DNA of 32,000 nt, taken from NCBI GenBank assembly GCA_001695645.1, contig LVZN01000067.1, positions 71,105-103,104 on the forward strand, written 5' to 3'. Positions 26,814 to 32,000 of the stretch are shown here, in pieces. How positions within the stretch are numbered: position 1 is the stretch's first letter; each line of letters starts with the position of its first letter. Below the pieces are notes generated by a model, which worked only from the letters and a program-made list of their open reading frames with translations, ran no database searches and was not told the origin of the DNA. The position numbers and the translations under genes were made by a program. This stretch comes from Erysipelotrichaceae bacterium MTC7 (lineage in GTDB: Bacteria > Bacillota_I > Bacilli_A > Erysipelotrichales > Erysipelotrichaceae).

Positions 26814-27626
26814 ATGAACTTAAAAGAACACGCAACTAATGTTCGCAAGAACATCATTGACATGGTATTTGCAGCACAGTCGGGACACCCAGGTGGTTCA
26901 CTTAGTGGTGCAGATATTGTGACTTACTTGTATTTTGATGAAATGAACATCAATAAAGAAAACGCTTCATCAAACAATCGTGATCGTTTTGTCTTAAGTA
27001 AAGGACACGCATCACCACTTCTTTATGGAATCTTGATGGAGAAAGAAATTATTTCGACAGATTTAATTCCAACATTTAGACAGGTAGATTCAAAACTACA
27101 AGGTCACCCTAACATGAACTATGTGGAAGGTGTCGATATGTCAACAGGATCACTAGGACAAGGGATTTCTTGTGCTGTGGGAATGGCACTTGCGAATAAA
27201 GTAGATAACTCACCAAATAGAGTGTATGCAATGCTTGGAGATGGTGAATGTGAAGAAGGACAAGTGTGGGAAGCAGCGATGGCAGCAGCTCACTATAAAC
27301 TGGACAACCTATGTGCAGTTGTTGACTTCAATGGTTTACAAATTGATGGAGATATCACAGATGTTATGAACCCAACACCAATTGATGAAAAGTTTGCGGC
27401 GTTTGGTTGGAATGTGGTACACATTGATGGACACGACTTTGATGACATTCGTCGTGGTTTTGATGAAGCACGAAACTGCAAAGGAAAACCAACGATGATT
27501 CTTGCCAAAACAACAAAAGGTAAGTGTGTAAGTTTTATGGAAGGTGACTATGGATGGCATGGTGTTGCACCAAATAAGGAACAATACGATGCAGCAATGG
27601 CATGTTTAACAGGAGGTAACAAGTAA
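26814..27626 (+). CDS. transketolase, N-terminal (TPP-binding) subunit
   Basis: SGHPGGSLS, FVLSKGHASP and GDGECEEGQVWEA. Start ambiguous (26805 or 26814) and neither has an SD. 26814 (MNLKEH) fits the family N-termini better. Confidence 0.85.
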   Translation: MNLKEHATNVRKNIIDMVFAAQSGHPGGSLSGADIVTYLYFDEMNINKENASSNNRDRFVLSKGHASPLLYGILMEKEIISTDLIPTFRQVDSKLQGHPNMNYVEGVDMSTGSLGQGISCAVGMALANKVDNSPNRVYAMLGDGECEEGQVWEAAMAAAHYKLDNLCAVVDFNGLQIDGDITDVMNPTPIDEKFAAFGWNVVHIDGHDFDDIRRGFDEARNCKGKPTMILAKTTKGKCVSFMEGDYGWHGVAPNKEQYDAAMACLTGGNK

Positions 27627-28543
27627 TGGCAAAAGTAGCAACCAGAGAAGCTTATGGAAAAACCTTAGCGAAATTAGTTGTCGAAAAAGATAATGTAATA
27701 GTACTTGATGCTGACCTGACAAAAAGTACCAAAACGATTGAGGCAAAAAATGCACGTCCAGAGCATCACTTCAACATGGGAATTGCTGAAGGAAATATGA
27801 TGAGTGTGGCAGCAGGACTTGCAGCAAGTAACAAAGTGGTTTATGCATCTAGTTTTGCAATGTTTGCAGCTGGAAGAGCATTCGAACAAATTCGTAACTC
27901 AATCTGTTATCCAAAGCTAAACGTAAAAGTATGTGCAACACATGCAGGATTAACGGTTGGAGAAGATGGAGCAAGCCACCAAAGCGTAGAAGATATTGCA
28001 TTGATGCGTGCCATTCCAAATATGAAAGTGTTCCAACCATGTGATGATATTGAAACCGCAGCAATCATCAATGCTGTCTATGACATTGATGGACCTTGTT
28101 ATGTAAGACTTGGACGTTCTGGAGTAGAAAGAGTTAATAAGGAAGACTATACATTTGAACTTGGTAAAGGTGTGATCCTTAACAAGGGAGAAAAAGTTGC
28201 CATTGTAGCTACAGGAATGATGGTGCAAGAAGCACTAGGAGCAAAAGACTTATTCAAAGGAAACCCAACAATCGTCAATATGCCTACAATTAAACCAATC
28301 GATACCGATTTATTAATTGACCTAGCAAAAACACACGATGTAATTGTGACAGTTGAAGAACACAGTATCATTGGGGGACTAGGCGGAGCAGTGGTTGAAG
28401 CATTAGCTGAACACAACTTATGTCCAATTATTCGTATGGGGGTTAACGATACCTTCGGAGAATCAGGAAAACCTGCCGATCTATTAAAGAAATACAGACT
28501 TGATAGTCAAGCCATCGCTAACAAAGTAAATACATACCTATAA
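27626..28543 (+). CDS. transketolase, C-terminal (pyrimidine-binding) subunit
   Basis: TREAYGKTL, FNMGIAEGNMMSVAAGLA, THAGLTVGEDGASHQ and VTVEEHSIIGGLG. TAATG overlap with the N-terminal subunit. Confidence 0.9.
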   Translation: MAKVATREAYGKTLAKLVVEKDNVIVLDADLTKSTKTIEAKNARPEHHFNMGIAEGNMMSVAAGLAASNKVVYASSFAMFAAGRAFEQIRNSICYPKLNVKVCATHAGLTVGEDGASHQSVEDIALMRAIPNMKVFQPCDDIETAAIINAVYDIDGPCYVRLGRSGVERVNKEDYTFELGKGVILNKGEKVAIVATGMMVQEALGAKDLFKGNPTIVNMPTIKPIDTDLLIDLAKTHDVIVTVEEHSIIGGLGGAVVEALAEHNLCPIIRMGVNDTFGESGKPADLLKKYRLDSQAIANKVNTYL

Positions 28544-28550
28544 AACAAAA

Positions 28551-28579
28551 AAAACGCTGTCTAGGACGGCGTTTTCTTT
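28551..28579. terminator. bidirectional rho-independent terminator between transketolase (+) and GNAT (-)
   Basis: AAAACGCTGTC / GACGGCGTTTT (one G-U pair) with an A-run upstream and a T-run downstream. Confidence 0.7.
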
Positions 28580-29063
28580 ATAAGTCTAACTGCATATCGT
28601 ACCATATTGCATCACCATGTGTTGATGAGGATATGCCAAGGTTTATATAGCCAAAACGTTCATAAAAAGGAAGAAGTTGCTTCTTGCAAGTGAGTATGAT
28701 ACCTTGGCGATTTTGTGAACGACAATCTCCAATGACTTTTGACATTAGGATGGATGCATAGTTTTTGTGTTGTTCACTTGGTTTTGTGCACACCGAAAAG
28801 ATTGCAAAGTAGTTTCCATCATGTTGATAACACGATGTCGAGGCAAACATGGCATCATGAATCTTTGTTTCATTGCACATCATGCCGTTAATAAAACTAA
28901 CCATTTCCCCATGTTCATCTTCTAAAATCCAAAAATTACCAGGGAAGGTTGCAATTCTTTCTTCAATTGTTGTTTGACTAGCAGCTTCAGATATTGGAAA
29001 GCAAGCTGCTTCAATGGATGCTATGTGCAAAGCATCTTTTTTTCTTGCATGTCGAATTTTCAT
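28578..29063 (-). CDS. GNAT-family N-acetyltransferase
   Basis: 161 aa. MKIRHARKKDALHIASIE...CF and a C-terminal FYERFGY acetyl-CoA-fold signature. No SD. TGaTACAAT sits 6 nt upstream of the ATG. Confidence 0.75.
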   Translation of the reverse strand: MKIRHARKKDALHIASIEAACFPISEAASQTTIEERIATFPGNFWILEDEHGEMVSFINGMMCNETKIHDAMFASTSCYQHDGNYFAIFSVCTKPSEQHKNYASILMSKVIGDCRSQNRQGIILTCKKQLLPFYERFGYINLGISSSTHGDAIWYDMQLDL

Positions 29064-29183
29064 AACGTCATTGTATCATGCACAATCGAAAAATTGTGAT
29101 AGTTCACCGAAAATTGCTTTATTGCTTTTTTATAAACTTAACCATATACTTAAATTAAGAAGTCACAAAAGGAGAGATTAGTT

Positions 29184-29528
29184 ATGGTGTCTATATTTCT
29201 AGTAGAAGACGAGCGTCTTGCGCGCGAAAGTATACGTGATAATATTGACTGGGAGAGCCATCATGTCAAGTTTTTAGGGGAAGCAAGCGATGGTGAACTT
29301 GCCTTACCGATGATATTGGAGCAAAAACCAGACATTGTTTTAACGGATGTTAAAATGCCATTTATGGATGGTTTAGAATTGAGTGAAATTGTAAAGGAAC
29401 GTTTACCGGATACGAAAATCATTATTATAAGTGGTCATGATGAGTTTGAATATGCAAGAAATGCCATTGCTTTAGGTGTTAGTGAGTATTTACTAAAACC
29501 AATCGCTTCTGATGGGATTACCAGTTGA
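29184..29528 (+). pseudogene. 5' fragment of a YesN/AraC-type response regulator (receiver domain only)
   Basis: Complete REC domain (VEDE, DVKMPFMDGLE, IIISGHDEFEYA, YLLKPI), then an 8-residue non-homologous tail and a stop. The expected linker and AraC HTH are missing. Promoter TTGCTT-17-TATACT (29122-29150) and the GGAGAG SD are intact. Confidence 0.7.
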
Positions 29529-29880
29529 TCGTACACGAATTTGGGCATATGTTATTAGTGGATTCTGTTCTGCACTTACTGGTGTTGCATTATCTTGGAC
29601 AATGCTTTCTGGATATACACTGCATGCAGCGGGTATGGAAATGGATGCAATTGTATCAAGTGTTATTGGTGGAACATTACTATCTGGTGGGGTCGCTTTT
29701 GTTCCTGGTACACTTATTGGGGTTCTATTGCAAGGAATTATCCAAACCTTCATTACGTTCCAAGGAACGCTTAGTGGATGGTGGACAAAGATCATCATCG
29801 GTTTACTCTTAACTGTATTTATTGCCTTACAAACGGTTATTACCTCATACAAGGATAAACATAAAACAGGTGATGCGTAA
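29497..29880 (+). pseudogene. 3' fragment of a CUT2-family sugar ABC permease (RbsC/YjfF-like)
   Basis: In a different frame from the REC fragment: (NQSLL)MGLPVDRTRIWAYVISG...EMDAIVSSVIGGTLLSGG...FQGTLSGWWTKIIIGLLL. This matches only the last third or so of YjfF/RbsC-type permeases. An in-frame stop lies at 29494. Confidence 0.7.
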
Positions 29881-29971
29881 CACAACAACTGACAATCAAA
29901 AGAAACTATCAAATCACACAGGCATCCAATCTTCATTAACTTTATTTCTTGAATTTGATTGTCAATGTTGT

Positions 29972-30002
29972 AAAAAAACGTCTATGAGTTAGACGTTTTT
30001 TT
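29972..30002. terminator. bidirectional rho-independent terminator
   Basis: A7-CGTCTA (29979-29984), loop TGAGT, TAGACG (29990-29995), then T7. It contains the stop codon of the minus-strand ttcA-like gene. Confidence 0.7.
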
Positions 30003-30713
30003 CTTCCATAATTGAATGGTATCGTTGCTTAACATTCGCAACAAGTTTTTATTTGCCTGTGGGTACATATGATACATTTGTTGTACCAATTGTTTGATAT
30101 CTTCACGTTTACTCACGCCATCGTTGGGGCAAGTGCTTTTCACAACGGGAATTTCATATTTTTTGACAGCTTGACGAATGTCTTTTTCATAAGCATAAAT
30201 TAGTGGCCGAATAAAGTGTATATCTTTGTCTTCGTAATAGATATCTGGTTGAAAGGTTTCAAGTCGACCCCCATAGATCGCATTTAAGAAAAAGGTTTCT
30301 ATGGCATCATCTGCATGATGTGCAAAACAAATTTTTGTTGCTTCCATTTCTTTGGCAATATTTACAATGGCTCCACGTTTTAGTGTTGAACATAGACTGC
30401 AATCAAAGTAACCATCTTCCTTTTGATGATACGTTAGAATATCGTGCATGTACGTATCTTCTTCGTAGTAGGGCATATCTAGTTTTTGGCAATAATCCTT
30501 TATCACTTGACTGTCCATATCCGGAAATCCCATGTTTAAATGGACAGCAGTCAATGTAAAGTTGGTGTATTCAAATTTTTGGTATAAAGATAAAGCATAT
30601 AACAATAACATACTATCTTTACCACCGCTAACACCGACAATAATCGAGTCCCCATCCTCAATTAGTTTGAAGTCTTCATCTGCTTTTCGTAACTGTTTGA
30701 GAATCTTTTTCAT
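29982..30713 (-). CDS. PP-loop ATPase of the TtcA (tRNA 2-thiocytidine synthetase) family
   Basis: The SGGKDS PP-loop, CSLCSTLKRG, HHADDAIETFFLNAIYGG and IRPLIYAYEKDI align with remembered E. coli TtcA motifs. Confidence 0.75.
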   Translation of the reverse strand: MKKILKQLRKADEDFKLIEDGDSIIVGVSGGKDSMLLLYALSLYQKFEYTNFTLTAVHLNMGFPDMDSQVIKDYCQKLDMPYYEEDTYMHDILTYHQKEDGYFDCSLCSTLKRGAIVNIAKEMEATKICFAHHADDAIETFFLNAIYGGRLETFQPDIYYEDKDIHFIRPLIYAYEKDIRQAVKKYEIPVVKSTCPNDGVSKREDIKQLVQQMYHMYPQANKNLLRMLSNDTIQLWKKKTSNS

Positions 30714-31051
30714 CTTGTGACATCCTTTAGCTTTTCTTGGTGATTTTCTTTATACTGCAAACCCCAAGTAGTCATAGCATCTAAGACAGGTTTTAAACTG
30801 TATCCTGTGTCAGTTAATGTATACTCTACACGTGGGGGAACTTCTGCATATATCTTTCGTTCGAGCAATCCCTGCGTTTCCATTGTTCGTAAATTGGATG
30901 TCAAAACTTTTTGTGTAATGGATCCAATGGACTTTTGTAATTCGTTAAATCGTTTCGTACCATCCATTAAATCTCGTAAAATTAACACACTCCATTTGTT
31001 TCCAATCAATGTAAGCGTTGCTTCTACTGGACATGCGGGTAATGTTTGCAT
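30710..31051 (-). CDS. HxlR-family (MarR-like wHTH) transcriptional regulator
   Basis: CPVEATLTLIGNKWSVLILRDL..GTKRFNELQKSI..ITQKVLTSNLRTMETQGLLERKIY..VPPRVEYTLT is the canonical HxlR domain. GGAGG sits 8 nt upstream of ATG 31051, and the tracked start at 31168 adds an implausible 39 aa. ATGA overlap with the ttcA-like gene. Confidence 0.85.
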   Translation of the reverse strand: MQTLPACPVEATLTLIGNKWSVLILRDLMDGTKRFNELQKSIGSITQKVLTSNLRTMETQGLLERKIYAEVPPRVEYTLTDTGYSLKPVLDAMTTWGLQYKENHQEKLKDVTR

Positions 31052-31124
31052 CGTATCATCCTCCATAGTATCTTTTGGGTACCTATAGCACATTAAAGTG
31101 CCTACTATACATAAGAAACTTCTA

Positions 31125-31145
31125 CTTGTATTATAAACATACAAG
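31125..31145. promoter_or_regulatory. inverted repeat CTTGTAT-N7-ATACAAG in the divergent hxlR/reductase intergenic region (candidate operator)
   Basis: 7-bp perfect arms, located between the two divergent start codons (31051 and 31188). Confidence 0.35.
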
Positions 31146-31187
31146 CTAAAGAATGCAATTTTTAGCAATTATAAGGAGGAAGATTTT

Positions 31188-31820
31188 ATGAAAATAGCAG
31201 TATTAGCAGCATCAGGTAAAGTGGGAAAACTTCTTGTAAAAGAAGTGGTTTCTAGAGGAATTGAAACAACAGCTTTTGTTCGTGATGCAAATAAACAAAT
31301 CCCGAATGTGACAAATGTGGTCAAAGATATTTTTGCGATTACTTACGACGATTTAAAAGAATATGACGTGATTATTGATGCATTTGGAACTTGGAGTTTA
31401 GAATCGCTACATCAACATCAAAGCTCATTGCAAGTGCTTATTGATGCATTGAAAGGAAAACCAAATCGCTTGCTTGTAGTTGGTGGAGCAGGTAGTTTAT
31501 ATCTTGATGATACACATACGCAAAAACTGATGGATAGCGATACATTTCCAGAAGATTGGAAACCTTTGGCTCAACAAATGGGTTTGGCATTTGAAAACTT
31601 AAAAAAGCAGAATGAGGTGAATTGGACATACCTAAGCCCAGCAGCCATTTTCGATGCAAATGGCCAAAGAAGTGGAACCTACAACATTGGTAAAGATGAA
31701 GTGATGGTCAATCATCAAGGTGATTGTTACATCAGTTATGCTGATTATGCAATTGCGATGGTAGATGAAGCAGTAAAAGCAAACCACATAAAACAACAAT
31801 TTACAGTTGTATCAAAATAA
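31188..31820 (+). CDS. NAD(P)H-binding protein, atypical SDR / NmrA-like reductase
   Basis: N-terminal Rossmann motif MKIAVLAASGKVGKLLV. About 210 aa, as in YwnB-type proteins. AAGGAGG SD. Divergent from an HxlR regulator, a common pairing. Confidence 0.75.
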   Translation: MKIAVLAASGKVGKLLVKEVVSRGIETTAFVRDANKQIPNVTNVVKDIFAITYDDLKEYDVIIDAFGTWSLESLHQHQSSLQVLIDALKGKPNRLLVVGGAGSLYLDDTHTQKLMDSDTFPEDWKPLAQQMGLAFENLKKQNEVNWTYLSPAAIFDANGQRSGTYNIGKDEVMVNHQGDCYISYADYAIAMVDEAVKANHIKQQFTVVSK

Positions 31821-31825
31821 GATAG

Positions 31826-31857
31826 AAAAAGATTAATTCCATGAGTTAATCTTTTTT
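31826..31857 (+). terminator. rho-independent terminator after the reductase gene
   Basis: AAAAAGATTAA / TTAATCTTTTT arms (31826-31836 / 31846-31856) with a 9-nt loop and a T-run. Confidence 0.65.
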
Positions 31858-31902
31858 TATTCTTTAGGAAAGTTCTCTTCGGCATGCAAAACACGAAATA
31901 AT

Positions 31903-31931
31903 AAAAATAGGCGAGTTAAAAAAGCCTATTT
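31903..31931 (-). terminator. minus-strand terminator for a gene entering from the right edge
   Basis: ATAGGC (31907-31912) pairs with GCCTAT (31924-31929), and a T-run follows on the minus strand. A minus-strand reading frame is open from the window edge to a TAA stop at 31958-31960 (...RCDKPTLYPKDKK*). That fragment is too short to name. Confidence 0.4.
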
Positions 31932-32000
31932 CATTTTATAAATTCAACTGTTGTATTTTACTTTTTATCTTTAGGATAAAGTGTTGGTTTATCACATCTT

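Noticed and set aside
28578-29063. GNAT gene as the toxin of a GNAT/RHH toxin-antitoxin pair
   Set aside because: There is no small upstream or overlapping antitoxin ORF in 29064-29183. The gene stands alone between a bidirectional terminator and a divergent promoter region.
29493-29936. 147-aa minus-strand ORF and a 95-aa + strand alternative-frame ORF (29525-29812) over the permease remnant
   Set aside because: The + frame starting at 29497/29512 carries clear ABC-permease motifs. The other frames are shadows of that hydrophobic coding sequence.
1-32000. Looked for CRISPR repeats, tandem arrays, IS/transposase or integrase genes, phage genes, tRNA/rRNA genes and known defence-system gene signatures
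   Set aside because: None seen. There are no spaced direct repeats and no tRNA-like GGTTCGAATCC-type motif in the intergenic regions. Every long ORF is accounted for by housekeeping, sugar-catabolism or regulator families.

Overview
AT-rich, low-GC Gram-positive (Bacillota-type) chromosomal segment, almost entirely coding and mostly on the + strand. The organism was not identified.

Gene content, in order:
- 86-7508: lipoprotein plus MurJ/SpoVB-type flippase, an RsuA-family pseudouridine synthase, thyA-folA-pdp and a glutamine-dependent nadE.
- 7516-14924: a housekeeping backbone whose order matches what I recall for Bacillus subtilis. It runs comN-like, secDF, small membrane ORF, recJ, apt, rel.
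- 15217-16578: a TetR plus hemolysin-III (PAQR) pair.
- 16659-20587: a T-box leader, a frameshifted TfoX-N gene, hisS and aspS, then a structured RNA of about 185 nt that I call 6S RNA (ssrS).
- 20588-28543: an AraR-type L-arabinose operon (araR-araA-araD-galM-araB) followed by a split transketolase. Two AraR-like palindromes lie upstream.
- 28578-31820: a GNAT acetyltransferase (-), then a deletion scar that joins a response-regulator receiver fragment to the 3' end of a sugar ABC permease. Next come an hxlR/ttcA-like operon (-) and a divergent NAD(P)H-binding reductase.

I found no CRISPR array, rRNA, tRNA, transposase, integrase or phage gene. I also found no convincing novel multi-gene system such as a defence or secretion system.

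The points most worth a second look are small-scale:
- the unannotated 6S-like RNA;
- the AraR operator embedded in a terminator-shaped hairpin;
- a T-box whose structure favours an Asp (GAC) specifier over His;
- the A6-tract frameshift in the TfoX-N gene inside the T-box-controlled operon;
- a Cys/His-rich tail on HisRS;
- the receiver/permease deletion junction;
- two candidate leaderless genes (recJ, GNAT);
- two unannotated small membrane ORFs.

All homology calls come from reading the translations against remembered family motifs. No database search was run.
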